NCBI GenBank assembly: GCA_963665095.1
Contig: OY762069.1
Location: forward strand, 832,001 to 896,000
Reading direction: 5' to 3'
Source of the DNA: an uncultured Desulfobacter sp.
GTDB taxonomy: Bacteria; Desulfobacterota; Desulfobacteria; Desulfobacterales; Desulfobacteraceae
Length of the DNA: 64,000 nt
The position numbers and the translations under genes are program-made. Numbering within the stretch: the first letter of the stretch is position 1; the number at the start of each line of letters is the position of its first letter. This document shows positions 10,416 through 23,418 of this stretch, piece after piece. The notes below the pieces were generated by a model. It was not told where the DNA came from, made no database searches, and saw only the letters and a list, made by a program, of their open reading frames with translations.

Positions 10416-13400
10416 TCAGGTTATCTGTGCCTGGAGCAGGTATTCGGCTTTTTGGGGAGGCAACGGTCTGGAATAATAATATCCCTGGATAAAGTCGCAT
10501 CCAATGGCCTTAAGGGTTTCAAGCTGATCTTCGGATTCAATGCCTTCTGCAATCACTTCGAGCTTAAGATTCTGGGCCAACGTAATGATAGCTTTGGCGA
10601 TTTCAAGGTTTTCGTGATCCTGGTTGATATCATCCACAAAGGACTTATCCATTTTCAGGTAATCCAGAGGGAAGTTTTTCAGATAGGCCAGTGAGAAATA
10701 TCCTGTACCAAAATCATCTATGGCGATTTTAATACCGCTGTTTTTCAGGCGGTTCAGATGCCCGATGACGGCATCGGGTTTTTCGATCACGGCACTTTCA
10801 GTCAGCTCTGCCACAAGGCAATGGGCTGAAAGTCCATAGGTATCAATGGCATGTTCAATGATTTTTTCAAGATTGTTATATGAAAACTGCGGAACTGAAA
10901 TGTTTACGCTGACTGTCATATCCTGTGTCCCGGGAAACCTGCTCTGCCATGACTTAAGCTGACGGCATGCCGTTTCGATCACCCATTGGCCAATGGGTAT
11001 GATCAATCCGTTATCTTCGGCAATGGGGATAAAATCAGACGGCGGTATCACTCCCCTTGTGGGGTGCTCCCACCTGATCAGGGCCTCAAAGCCTTTGATT
11101 TTTTCGGTTTTTGAAAAGAGAATGGGCTGGTAATACAAGGTGAACTGATCTTTTTCCAGTGCTTTTTTCAGATCATTTTCAAGCTGCAGGGCATCATGGG
11201 CCATCTGGTGCAGTTTTTTTCCAAAAATTCTGAACCTTGATTTTCCGGTTGTCTTTGCCCTGTACATGGCAATGTCCACATCCCGAAGAATGTCGTCTGC
11301 CCGGATGTAGCGTGATAAGTCCAGGATAATGCCGATGCTTGCGCTGATGGTCACCCCTTTGTCCTCCAGTATAAAGGGTCGGGCGGTTTCATTGCGGATT
11401 CTTCTGGCAATGGCAATGATCTGCCTGGGGTCGCTGATATCTTCCAGCAGCACGGCAAATTCATCTCCGCCCAGGCGGGCTACAGTGTCCATTGATCTGA
11501 CACAGGAGAGAAATCTGCGGGTTGTTTTTTTTAAAAGCACATCGCCTGCCTGGTGGCCTAAATTGTCATTGACCCATTTAAATCGGTCAAGATCTATCAT
11601 AAATACGGCCGCCTGTGTTTGTTTGCTGCGTTTCTGCCGTTTCAGGGCCTGGTTGAGGCGGTCAAGAAAGAGTACCCGGTTGGGCAGTCCGGTGAGGCTG
11701 TCGTAAAAGGCTTTTCTGTAAAGCTGGTCTTCCAGGGTTTTGCGCTCGGTAATGTCCTGATAAATGTAGAAGGCACCTTGAATCAGGTTGTTAATAAAGA
11801 TGGGGAATCCTAGGAGCGAAACCGGAATAAGGCGTCCGGATTTATGCTTGCGGTGTGTCTCTTTTTCAACAGCTTTCCCGCTTAAAATAGTCTGGTTGAT
11901 GGTTGCAGTTTCAAGAAGAAGATTGTCGGGGATAATGGTTGAAAGGTTTTGTGCGCCGGCAATGGCTGCGGCCGGGTATCCGAACAAAACTTCAAAGCCT
12001 TTATTGGCCTGCAAGATCCGGCCGCTGGCATCTGTGGAGACAACTGCCTGGGGGGAGCCGTCGAACAGTTGCTGAAACCGTTCACCGACATGTTGCAGGG
12101 CTTCCATCATTTTATTATACCGACCGGCAATGAGTCCTGTGTCTGTAAATGGGTCAGCCGGTACTCTAAGGGAAAGATCTCCTGTTTCTTCCTGTATCTG
12201 CATGATACGCAGGAAATCAAACGCTTCGGTCTTGACGCCGTGTTCAGAAACATTCAAGCCTATCTCTTCGTCATGGGCAGAGACCCGTAATGGTGACATC
12301 CGGTTAATCTGGCGGATAATAAAATAGGGAATGATAAAGCCCACCACGCAGGCGGCAAGGATACCGATGATCTGGATTATAAGCTGGGATGTAAAGTCAA
12401 GTCCTGTGGCAAGGATAGCCGGGTCGCCAAACAGGGCAACAGCCAGGGTGCCCCAGATGCCGCAGCCTAAATGAACCGGTACGGCGCTGACAGCGTCATC
12501 TATATATAAGTGAAACAAGAGCTCTTCCACAGCCAGGCAGACAGCACCTGCCACGGCACCGATAAAAACCGATTCTGAAACAGTGACACAATGGCAGCAG
12601 GCCGTGATGGCCACAAGTCCGCCCAGGGAGCCGTTAATTAAAAAGGAGATTTTGGATATTCTGGTTATAATATAGCCGATTAAAAGACAAAATGCGGCGC
12701 CTGATGCTGCCGCAAGGATGGTTTTCACGATAATGCCGGGCACCCGGGCATCCATGATCAGGGTGCTGCCCCCATTAAAACCAATCCAGCCGATCCATAA
12801 AAGAAGGGTGCCTAAAACCGACAATGGCACATCATTGCCATAAAAATCCACGGGCTTGCCGTTATCTGAAAACCGTCCTTTTCTTGGGCCGATAACGATC
12901 AGGGAAGCCAAAGCCACCCATCCGCCAATACTGTGAACAACTGTGGAGCCTGCAAAATCAACAAACCCGGCAGCACCCAGCCAGCCGGTACAGGTGCCGC
13001 TTTCTATCCCGTTCCAGGCCCAGTGGCCAAACAGAGGGTAGATTATAACTGACAGCAGTACGGCCACCTGAAGATAGGAGCTAAATCTCATTCTTTCCGC
13101 CACTGCGCCGGAGAATATGGTTGTGGCTGTGCCGCAGAACATGGTCTGAAAAAGGAAAAATGACATCATATGGAAGTTGTCACCAAACTCAGGCATAAAA
13201 CAGGTTGTGCCAATGATTCCCCCCCGGGAAAGACCGAACATGATGGCAAAACCGGCCAACCAGAAGCCCATAACTGAAAAAACAAAGTCGGCAATATTTT
13301 TAATGGCCACATTGATACTGTTTTTGGGTCGTGTAAGACCAGACTCAAGGCACATGAATCCCGGCTGCATTAAAAACACCAGTACGGCTGAAACAATAAC

Positions 13401-13430
13401 CCAGAAATTGTCTATAATCGTGATGCCCAT
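10416..13430 (-). CDS. Ammonium transporter (Amt) fused to PAS-GGDEF-EAL domains
   Basis: Amt motifs FLMQPGF, GAVAER, DFAGSTVVH, GWIGFNGGS, AVPVH; PAS region ending DITERK; YDSLTGLPNR, RLGGDEF; EALIRW, IDDFGTG. Confidence 0.92.
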   Translation of the reverse strand: MGITIIDNFWVIVSAVLVFLMQPGFMCLESGLTRPKNSINVAIKNIADFVFSVMGFWLAGFAIMFGLSRGGIIGTTCFMPEFGDNFHMMSFFLFQTMFCGTATTIFSGAVAERMRFSSYLQVAVLLSVIIYPLFGHWAWNGIESGTCTGWLGAAGFVDFAGSTVVHSIGGWVALASLIVIGPRKGRFSDNGKPVDFYGNDVPLSVLGTLLLWIGWIGFNGGSTLIMDARVPGIIVKTILAAASGAAFCLLIGYIITRISKISFLINGSLGGLVAITACCHCVTVSESVFIGAVAGAVCLAVEELLFHLYIDDAVSAVPVHLGCGIWGTLAVALFGDPAILATGLDFTSQLIIQIIGILAACVVGFIIPYFIIRQINRMSPLRVSAHDEEIGLNVSEHGVKTEAFDFLRIMQIQEETGDLSLRVPADPFTDTGLIAGRYNKMMEALQHVGERFQQLFDGSPQAVVSTDASGRILQANKGFEVLFGYPAAAIAGAQNLSTIIPDNLLLETATINQTILSGKAVEKETHRKHKSGRLIPVSLLGFPIFINNLIQGAFYIYQDITERKTLEDQLYRKAFYDSLTGLPNRVLFLDRLNQALKRQKRSKQTQAAVFMIDLDRFKWVNDNLGHQAGDVLLKKTTRRFLSCVRSMDTVARLGGDEFAVLLEDISDPRQIIAIARRIRNETARPFILEDKGVTISASIGIILDLSRYIRADDILRDVDIAMYRAKTTGKSRFRIFGKKLHQMAHDALQLENDLKKALEKDQFTLYYQPILFSKTEKIKGFEALIRWEHPTRGVIPPSDFIPIAEDNGLIIPIGQWVIETACRQLKSWQSRFPGTQDMTVSVNISVPQFSYNNLEKIIEHAIDTYGLSAHCLVAELTESAVIEKPDAVIGHLNRLKNSGIKIAIDDFGTGYFSLAYLKNFPLDYLKMDKSFVDDINQDHENLEIAKAIITLAQNLKLEVIAEGIESEDQLETLKAIGCDFIQGYYYSRPLPPQKAEYLLQAQIT

Positions 13431-13560
13431 TCCTGATAAGATTCCTGTATAATGTCTTGTATATCACAAATTTGTTTTAAATAGCGCCTTATTGCAATAC
13501 GTTTATGTTATTTATTCTTATATCTTTACGGTTTTTGCCCAAAATATAAAGAAAGGTAAT

Positions 13561-13589
13561 CATATAGGGTAAATACCTGATTTTGTCAA
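13561..13589 (-). promoter_or_regulatory. Putative sigma70 promoter of the amt fusion gene
   Basis: TTGACA-N17-TATATG on the minus strand; the spacer contains a GGTA..TACC dyad. Confidence 0.35.
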
Positions 13590-13678
13590 CAAACCTGAAA
13601 ATCTCTGCCTTGTGTCAAAGGCAGATGCTGTGTTATTTCTGAACGAATATATGAATAATCTGCTTTGCTGGAAAAGAA

Positions 13679-14689
13679 ATGGCGCAGTTACAACATAGGA
13701 CAGACACCCTGCCAACAGACCGCCAACCGGTTCTGGATATCAGGCATCTTAAAAAATATTTTCCGGTCACCTCAGGGGTTTTTCTGCGGCACACCGGAGA
13801 TATCCATGCGGTGGATGATGTCAGTTTCAGTGTGTTTAAGGGTGAGACCCTTGGTATTGTAGGAGAATCCGGATGCGGGAAGACCACCCTGGGCCGGTGT
13901 ATCATGGGACTGTATCCTTTAACTGACGGCTTTGTTCAGCTGGACGGGCACCGGCTGTTCCCCATGACGCGTAAAATGCGCAAGGCCTTTTCAACAAGAG
14001 TGCAAATGATTTTTCAGGATCCTTTTGAATCTCTGAATCCCCGGCAGACAGTCCGGCAGATCCTTGAGGAAAAATTTCAGATTCACGGATATCCTCCCCG
14101 GAAGAGTGCGTTGGAAATTGAGACACTTCTGGGGCAGGTTGGCCTGGACACCGATGCATTGACCCAGTATCCTCACCAGTTTTCCGGCGGGCAGCGCCAG
14201 CGTATCGGTATTGCCCGGGCCATCAGCATGACCCCGAAAATTGTGATCTGTGATGAACCGGTCTCTGCACTGGATGTTTCTGTGCAGTCAAAGATTCTGA
14301 ACCTTCTGCTGGACCTGCAATCGACCATGGGACTGACCTATTTATTTATCTCCCATGATCTTTCCGTGGTTCGCCATATGTCTGACCGCATCATTGTCAT
14401 GTATCTTGGCAAAATCATGGAGGTTGCCGCTGCAGACGTCGTGTACAATACGCCCAGCCATCCTTATACCCGGGCACTTCTGGAAGCGGTTCCCGTCCCG
14501 GATCCGGATGCCGGATATTCACGTACCCCATTGAAGGGCGAGATCCCGTCGGCCCAGTATCCGCCCAAAGGGTGCCGGTTTTGTTCCAGATGTCCCCGTG
14601 CCAGGTCTTTGTGTTTTGAAACCCCGCCTGACCTTGTATCCCATGACAACGATCCCCTTCACTTGACAGCCTGCCATTTCCCGGGGTGA
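13679..14689 (+). CDS. oppF: Oligopeptide/dipeptide ABC transporter ATP-binding subunit (OppF/DppF-like)
   Basis: GESGCGKT, FSGGQRQR, CDEPVSALD, HPYT..GCRFCSRC. Confidence 0.9.
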   Translation: MAQLQHRTDTLPTDRQPVLDIRHLKKYFPVTSGVFLRHTGDIHAVDDVSFSVFKGETLGIVGESGCGKTTLGRCIMGLYPLTDGFVQLDGHRLFPMTRKMRKAFSTRVQMIFQDPFESLNPRQTVRQILEEKFQIHGYPPRKSALEIETLLGQVGLDTDALTQYPHQFSGGQRQRIGIARAISMTPKIVICDEPVSALDVSVQSKILNLLLDLQSTMGLTYLFISHDLSVVRHMSDRIIVMYLGKIMEVAAADVVYNTPSHPYTRALLEAVPVPDPDAGYSRTPLKGEIPSAQYPPKGCRFCSRCPRARSLCFETPPDLVSHDNDPLHLTACHFPG

Positions 14690-14771
14690 TCCCCTGCCGG
14701 AGATGGGTTTGGGGTTGCTAAAACAAGGGCTTAATGCTAAAAGCTTTCCAAATTTATGGAACGATTGGTAT

Positions 14772-15515
14772 ATGAATTACAGCTTGAATAAGTTTTGTCA
14801 TGGCATCATGGATAGACGGTGTTTTCCGGGCATTGTTGCTTTTCTGTCTGTCTTTGTTCTGGCAAATGCTCTGCTATGCATATCAGGGTGTACAGAGCAG
14901 CAGGAGATCGACTCCAGGACAGCTGTCATTACAGCCGGCACAATAACCATTGACCTGGCCGCTTTCAGCCGGGAGCTTGAGACAAAACTCTCCAGCTACC
15001 CCTATGATATAAAAGAGAATCCTGAAGATTATAACGCCATGGTGCTGGATCTTGTGTCTGATCTGGCGGATGAGGCTGTCCTTCTGGCTGCCGCTGCAGC
15101 CCAAGGTATTGAGGTGTCACCTGAAGAGCTTGATGCGGCAGTTGCCGAATTTAAGAAAGATTATCCTGAGGACAGTTTTGATAAGATGCTGCTTGAAAGA
15201 GCCATATTATATCCGGTCTGGAAAAAGAGTCTGAAAAAAGATATGGTCATTCAAAAGTTGATTGGCCGGGATCTGGTCGATGTCCAGGAAATCCATCCCC
15301 AGGACATGATTGCCTTCTATGGCAGTCTGGCAGGTGAGTATAACGCACAGGATAATACCTCACCGGGGGATATGGATGAAAAAGAACTTGTGCAGCAGCT
15401 TCGACTGGAAAAAAGCCGGAAAGCATTTGAAACATGGATGCTTGGGTTGAAACAAAAATATCCGGTTCAGATAAACCAGTACAGTGTCACTGCCTTTTTA
15501 ATAAATCAGGAATAG
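14772..15515 (+). CDS. SurA N-terminal-domain chaperone-like (lipo)protein; start uncertain (14703/14772/14808)
   Basis: Hydrophobic N-terminus with ISGC; A..GIEVS.EELD.AV..FK SurA_N pattern; tandem with a SurA-like gene. Confidence 0.7.
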   Translation: MNYSLNKFCHGIMDRRCFPGIVAFLSVFVLANALLCISGCTEQQEIDSRTAVITAGTITIDLAAFSRELETKLSSYPYDIKENPEDYNAMVLDLVSDLADEAVLLAAAAAQGIEVSPEELDAAVAEFKKDYPEDSFDKMLLERAILYPVWKKSLKKDMVIQKLIGRDLVDVQEIHPQDMIAFYGSLAGEYNAQDNTSPGDMDEKELVQQLRLEKSRKAFETWMLGLKQKYPVQINQYSVTAFLINQE

Positions 15516-15533
15516 ATAATAAGAGTGGAACAT

Positions 15534-16478
15534 ATGGCAAAACATTCAGGCAGAAATTTCCTTTTCATGTTGCTGATAATTCTATGGGCAGGAGCCTGCC
15601 AGGCCGAAGAGGTGATTGACCGTATTGTGGCAATTGTCAATGAAGATATTGTCACCCTTTCTCAGATGAACAAGGCTGTAGCACCCTACCGGGAAAATGT
15701 TATGACCTCCCAGGAATCATCCCCGCGCAAAGCGGAGATGGTTGCCCAGTTGAACTCCCAGATACTCGGCAGGATGGTGGAGGAGCAACTGATACTGCAG
15801 GAAGCAAAAAAAATGGGCATTACAGTGGAATCGTCTGATGTGGACAATGCGGTGGAAAATTTTAAGACAGAACACCACCTTGATCAGGAAGCCCTGGAAA
15901 AAGGGCTTGCCCAGCAGGGTATGACCCTTGAGGGATACCGCAAAAACATAAAAAATCAAATCCTTCAATCCATGGTGGTCGGAAGAGCGGTACGCGCCAA
16001 AGTTGTTGTTACCGAAGAGGAGATTCAAGCGTATTATGACAGTCATCCTGACCAGTTTAAGCCTGTGAAAAAATATCGTTTAAAAAATATCATTATAAAG
16101 GATGATAAAGATCTTGCCACGGTTCGGGAACAACTGGAAAATAAAGCTGATTTTTCCCAGCTGGCCCAAAAATACTCAATCAGTTCCAATGCTGCCTCAG
16201 GCGGGGAACTCGGCATGTTCGACATCGCAAGCTTCAGCCAGGATGTCAGAAACGTCCTTGAAGGTGTGGACAAGGGGGAATATACCCGGCCTGTCAACAT
16301 GGGTGATGCATTTCAGATTCTTTATGTTGAAGATATTATCACCGGAGAGCAGGACGCTGCAAAAGAAGAGACAGAAAAGAAAATTCATGACATCCTTTTT
16401 AAGGAACATGCAGAAGCCCAGTATAACAAATGGATTGAATCCCTTAAAAAGAATGCACATATCAAATTAATGCTTTAG
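15534..16478 (+). CDS. SurA-like peptidyl-prolyl isomerase/chaperone (parvulin)
   Basis: VIDRIVAIVNEDIVTLS; FSQLAQKYS..A.SGGELG parvulin motif. Confidence 0.85.
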   Translation: MAKHSGRNFLFMLLIILWAGACQAEEVIDRIVAIVNEDIVTLSQMNKAVAPYRENVMTSQESSPRKAEMVAQLNSQILGRMVEEQLILQEAKKMGITVESSDVDNAVENFKTEHHLDQEALEKGLAQQGMTLEGYRKNIKNQILQSMVVGRAVRAKVVVTEEEIQAYYDSHPDQFKPVKKYRLKNIIIKDDKDLATVREQLENKADFSQLAQKYSISSNAASGGELGMFDIASFSQDVRNVLEGVDKGEYTRPVNMGDAFQILYVEDIITGEQDAAKEETEKKIHDILFKEHAEAQYNKWIESLKKNAHIKLML

Positions 16479-16517
16479 CCTTCCGAAACACTGAACTATC
16501 CGCCTGAAAGGGAAGAC

Positions 16518-17882
16518 ATGCAAAAAGAACAGATCCAGATACTTGAGACAAGCATCACACGGTTGCTTCGCCGGGGGGCAAACAAGCAGCTGATCAACAT
16601 TATTAAAAAAACCCACATGGCGGATCTCTCTATTGTTTTTGAACACTTAAGTCCCTTGAACCGTGAGAAGCTGTTTAATCTTCTGGATAGCCCCGAAGAC
16701 ATCGGGCTGATATTTTCACATTTGCCGGAGTCCACGTTTGTGGATTTTGTCAAAACGGTTGATTTTAACAAACTAGTCAATGTGTTTGACCATATGCCCT
16801 CGGATGATGCCGCCGAACTGCTCGGCTGTCTGGATGAGGAGCTGTCCGACAAGATTCTGTCCAAAATGAAAAAGGAAGAATCCGACAATGTCGAACAGAT
16901 CATGAGCTATGACGAAGACACTGCCGGCAGCTTCATGGTCAAGGATTATGTGGCCCTGGAAGAGGATGTTAAGGCAAAAGAGGTAATCGAGGCGTTACAG
17001 AACAAGTATCTGGATGTTGAGATGCCTTTTTATATCTATGTCATAGACGCTTATGGCAAGCTTGTGGGGGTCAGCTCCCTGCGTCAGCTGGTGGTGGAGT
17101 CTCCGGACAGGCCCCTCAAGGAGTTCATGGCCACGGACATCGTTTCAGTCAAGCCTTACACAGACAGGAATGTTGTGGCACGTCTTGTCTCCCGTTATGA
17201 TTACCTGGCCATTCCCGTGGTGGACGATGACAACCGGATTATCGGTATTGTCACTGTGGATGACGTCATTGACATCCTGCACGAAACCGCCACCGAAGAT
17301 ATGTTGAAAATGGCGGGTGTGGGTGAAGATTATGTTGAAACCACCACCATTCTTAAAGGCACCCGGATCCGGCTGCCCTGGTTGTTTGCCAGCTGTCTAG
17401 GCGGTATTGCCAATTTTTTTATCATTGGCCGGTTTGAGTCTACCCTGACCCAGCTCACAGGGCTTGCCGCGTTTATTCCCATTATCATGGGCATGGGTGG
17501 TAACATCGGTACCCAGAGCGCCACCATTGTGGTACGCGGGATTGCCACAGGCCGGGTGAATGTCCGGGACTTTGTCAAGGTGATCTCACGGGAACTCGGG
17601 GTCGGCCTTATTCTCGGGATGATTTACGGTTCACTGATTGCAGCCGTGGCCAAATTCAGTTTTATGGCGGAATCCTTTTCCTGGGCTCTGTCCCTGGTGG
17701 TGGGATGTTCCATTTTGTCCTCCATGACCGTGGCTGCACTGGTCGGCACCTCGGTGCCGTTGATTTTCCAGCGACTTAATATTGATCCGGCCGTGGCCAC
17801 AGGTCCCTTTGTCACCACCACTATGGACCTTCTCAGTATTTGCTGCTATTTTTCAATCACAAGGCTTCTGCTCGGATTCTAA
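16518..17882 (+). CDS. mgtE: Magnesium transporter MgtE
   Basis: MgtE_N, CBS pair (GIVTVDD), RLPWL, MGGNIGTQS, IDPAVATGPFVTT. Confidence 0.95.
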   Translation: MQKEQIQILETSITRLLRRGANKQLINIIKKTHMADLSIVFEHLSPLNREKLFNLLDSPEDIGLIFSHLPESTFVDFVKTVDFNKLVNVFDHMPSDDAAELLGCLDEELSDKILSKMKKEESDNVEQIMSYDEDTAGSFMVKDYVALEEDVKAKEVIEALQNKYLDVEMPFYIYVIDAYGKLVGVSSLRQLVVESPDRPLKEFMATDIVSVKPYTDRNVVARLVSRYDYLAIPVVDDDNRIIGIVTVDDVIDILHETATEDMLKMAGVGEDYVETTTILKGTRIRLPWLFASCLGGIANFFIIGRFESTLTQLTGLAAFIPIIMGMGGNIGTQSATIVVRGIATGRVNVRDFVKVISRELGVGLILGMIYGSLIAAVAKFSFMAESFSWALSLVVGCSILSSMTVAALVGTSVPLIFQRLNIDPAVATGPFVTTTMDLLSICCYFSITRLLLGF

Positions 17883-17893
17883 ACGTAAAACGC

Positions 17894-18754
17894 ATGGTCG
17901 ATTTTCAAACGGATGCCATACTGCTTCGAAAAGTCGAATATGGGGACCATGACCTGATCATCACCTTTCTGACCCGGGACAAAGGAAAGATCAGTGTGAT
18001 GGCCAAAAACGCCAAAAAAAGCGTGCGCAGGTTTTCCGGCGCCATGGATCTGTTCTCCGCAAATTTTATTCAATGCGCCTTTCCCAGGAAGAACCGGGAC
18101 GGGATGATTAATCTGTGTGCAACTGAGATTGCAAACGGTTTTTCGCATATCCGGTATGACGTGGTTAAAACCGCCTATGCATCTTACTGGACTGAGATTG
18201 TCAGCATGTGGCTTGAAGAGGGAAAAGCACAGCCCGATATTTTTGAGCTGCTGTACACCGCCTTTGACATGCTGGACACAGGTGGAATTCAGACTGAGGT
18301 GATCAGCCTGCTTTTTCAGATCCGCTTCATGCGTCTGTCTGGATTTTCCCCGGGCCTTGAGGTGTGTGACAGCTGCGGCACCCGGTTGGAACAGATTGAT
18401 TCCGGCCGGATCTGGTTTGATTTCAAAGAGGGGCGTGTGGCCTGTCCAAACTGCTTAAATGTCCGGAGCGGGCATGGCGAAAATGACCAGACCGGGAACC
18501 TGCCGGAAGAGGTGGCGGAGCCGCTGCAGCCATATTGGCCAGCGTGCCGGACTAATGGCTGCTGGGTATCCAAGGGCACCTTAAAACAGTTAACCTGGAT
18601 AAATGCCGTTGACATGGACCGGGCAGACCGTATCAGGTTTTCACCCGCTGCCATCAGGGAGGGGGAAACCCTGCTTGAATCCTTTATCCCGTTTCACATC
18701 GGACGCAATTTTAAGAGCTTGAAATTTTTAAAACAGATGAGATCAGACCAATGA
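17894..18754 (+). CDS. recO: DNA repair protein RecO
   Basis: AILLRKVEYGDHDLIITFLTRDKGK..AKNAKKS.RRF; Zn motif CDSC...CPNC. Confidence 0.92.
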   Translation: MVDFQTDAILLRKVEYGDHDLIITFLTRDKGKISVMAKNAKKSVRRFSGAMDLFSANFIQCAFPRKNRDGMINLCATEIANGFSHIRYDVVKTAYASYWTEIVSMWLEEGKAQPDIFELLYTAFDMLDTGGIQTEVISLLFQIRFMRLSGFSPGLEVCDSCGTRLEQIDSGRIWFDFKEGRVACPNCLNVRSGHGENDQTGNLPEEVAEPLQPYWPACRTNGCWVSKGTLKQLTWINAVDMDRADRIRFSPAAIREGETLLESFIPFHIGRNFKSLKFLKQMRSDQ

Positions 18755-19794
18755 ACCTGGCTCCCATACTTGAAAATAAACCCATTCACACCTCTGTGCC
18801 CTGCAGGATTGATTTCGGCGGGACCCTGGATATCTCCACTTTTTACCTGGCCCTGGCAAGGCTGAAACCTGCCACCTTGAATATTGCGCTGGACATGCGA
18901 ACCCATGTCTATCTGTCCCCCTGGAAAGAAGGACGGATCAAAATTTCTTCAAAGGGGTTTGACACCCTTGAGCGCAGCGGGGATGAAAAGGGGTGGGATA
19001 CTCCCTTAGGGTTCATGGCGGCTGTTTTACAGTATTTTGATGTACATGGACTGCATCTGCACATTGAGTCCCACTCTCCACCAAGAAGTGCTCTGGGCGG
19101 GTCTTCTTCTGCTGCGGTGGCTGTAATTGCCGCCATTTGCACCGCCCTTGAAAAGCCGGTTGAGCCCGGGCACATTGCCTGGCTGGCCCACTATCTTGAA
19201 GGGGCTGTGGCAGGGGTGCTTTGCGGGGTCCAGGACCAGACCGCCGCAGCCTTTGGCGGGGTACATCTGTGGGAATGGATTTTTGAGGATAAGAATCCGG
19301 GGTTCCTTCGTTCCCAGGTGTTTGAGGACCCCAAACAACTGGCAGATTTAAATTCCCACCTGCTTGTGGCCTATTGCGGCATTCCCCATGAATCACAGGA
19401 TATTAACTCCAGGTGGGTGAATCATTTTAAATCAGGTAAGGTGGTGGGTGAATTTGAACAGATCGCCACCATTACCAGGCAGTTTTCAACCGCACTGACG
19501 CATTCTGACTATGCCATGGCAGCAGAGCTGATGAACCAGGAGACTGCCATCCGGTGTGAAATGACACCGGATGTGCTGGACAATACCGGGTATATGCTGT
19601 GGACCACGGCAAAGGCGCTGAACTGCGGTGCCCGGTTCACCGGAGCCGGCGGTGGCGGATGTTTGTGGGCCATAGGGGAAACCGGGCCGATCAGTGCGTT
19701 GAAAGATCAGTGGCAATCCATTCTTGGTGCGGTTGTTGGGGGCAGGGTTCTGGATACCGCTGTTGATCCGTCAGGTATTGTCATTCATGAGTAA
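18751..19794 (+). CDS. GHMP-family sugar kinase (HddA/galactokinase-like)
   Basis: PCRIDFGGTLD, PPRSALGGSSS, GVQDQ, GAGGGG. Confidence 0.85.
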   Translation: MNLAPILENKPIHTSVPCRIDFGGTLDISTFYLALARLKPATLNIALDMRTHVYLSPWKEGRIKISSKGFDTLERSGDEKGWDTPLGFMAAVLQYFDVHGLHLHIESHSPPRSALGGSSSAAVAVIAAICTALEKPVEPGHIAWLAHYLEGAVAGVLCGVQDQTAAAFGGVHLWEWIFEDKNPGFLRSQVFEDPKQLADLNSHLLVAYCGIPHESQDINSRWVNHFKSGKVVGEFEQIATITRQFSTALTHSDYAMAAELMNQETAIRCEMTPDVLDNTGYMLWTTAKALNCGARFTGAGGGGCLWAIGETGPISALKDQWQSILGAVVGGRVLDTAVDPSGIVIHE

Positions 19795-19882
19795 ATGGAC
19801 ATCTAAATTCCTGGTGCCGGCATGGTTTAATTCTAAAATTTAATAAATGATGAAATATAATAACTGATAAAAAGGAGGCAGT

Positions 19883-20132
19883 ATGGCAGGATATGATCCG
19901 GAAATGGATAAAAAAATCGCTGAGTGGAAGAATGAGGAAACAGGGTTGATTATCTCCATCCAGCAGTATGGTGACGGAGAGCCCAAGCTCCAGGTGGGTC
20001 CCCGGATTCTTAAGAAGAAAGACGGGTCAGACCGTGCGCCCATGAAGGCAGGGCGGCTTTCTGTGGAAGACGTCATGTGGCTGTATGACATCATTGATGA
20101 GGTCAAAGATGAGCTATCCGACATGGTCGGAC

Positions 20133-20140
<8 letters not shown>
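19883..20140 (+). CDS. Small hypothetical protein, possibly PC4/YdbC-like
   Basis: Strong SD AGGAGG; 85 aa with a beta-strand region (IQQYGDGEPKLQV) then a helix. Confidence 0.75.
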
Positions 20141-22930
<2,790 letters not shown>

Positions 22931-23030
22931 AAAACCAGGGAAAACAAAGCAAATCGTCCCAGTTTTTAGAAAACAGTGTTATGCCATGATGGGTATCCTC
23001 CTGAACCAGATACTCCTGAAAGGCCTTTTT

Positions 23031-23098
23031 TCCGGGTAGAAGCACAGTTACCCCGCGCTCCCACATCCCATACATGAGGCGTTACCTTATACCGCTCC
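23031..23098 (-). mobile_element. Degenerate group II intron 3'-end remnant (domains V-VI)
   Basis: Minus strand GAGCGGTATAAGGTAACGCCTCATGTATGG (DV-like, AGC triad), then GGGAGCGCGG-GGTAA-CTGTGCTTCT-A-CCCG (DVI-like hairpin with unpaired A). Confidence 0.6.
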
Positions 23099-23418
23099 TT
23101 TCGTACCATCGGCATGTGATTCGCCTATTAATTCTGATTATCAATTTAGCATTTTTTCGTTGATGTTCTTAGCCCGGCAACAGGTCTGTTGTCCAGGGTC
23201 TCAGTGGGATAAGGCAGCATATCGCTCCATCTTTGTCTAAACACTAATCAAATCCTAAATTTGTTCAAATAATTCCAACAACCAAGTTTGATACTTTGCT
23301 AGAACTGAACAGCAAGTGAAAGGCCTTAAAAGATTTTTAGGGCAGTGGGTAAAGCATTGCGATCGTCTTGGATAGAGGCGCCGCAGCCATTTGAAATTAT
23401 TTTACTGGAGAAGAAGAA

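Noticed and set aside
23237..23400. Possible Pho box or riboswitch upstream of alkaline phosphatase
   Set aside because: Only weak CTAA-like repeats at about 11-nt spacing in AT-rich DNA; no riboswitch consensus recognised.
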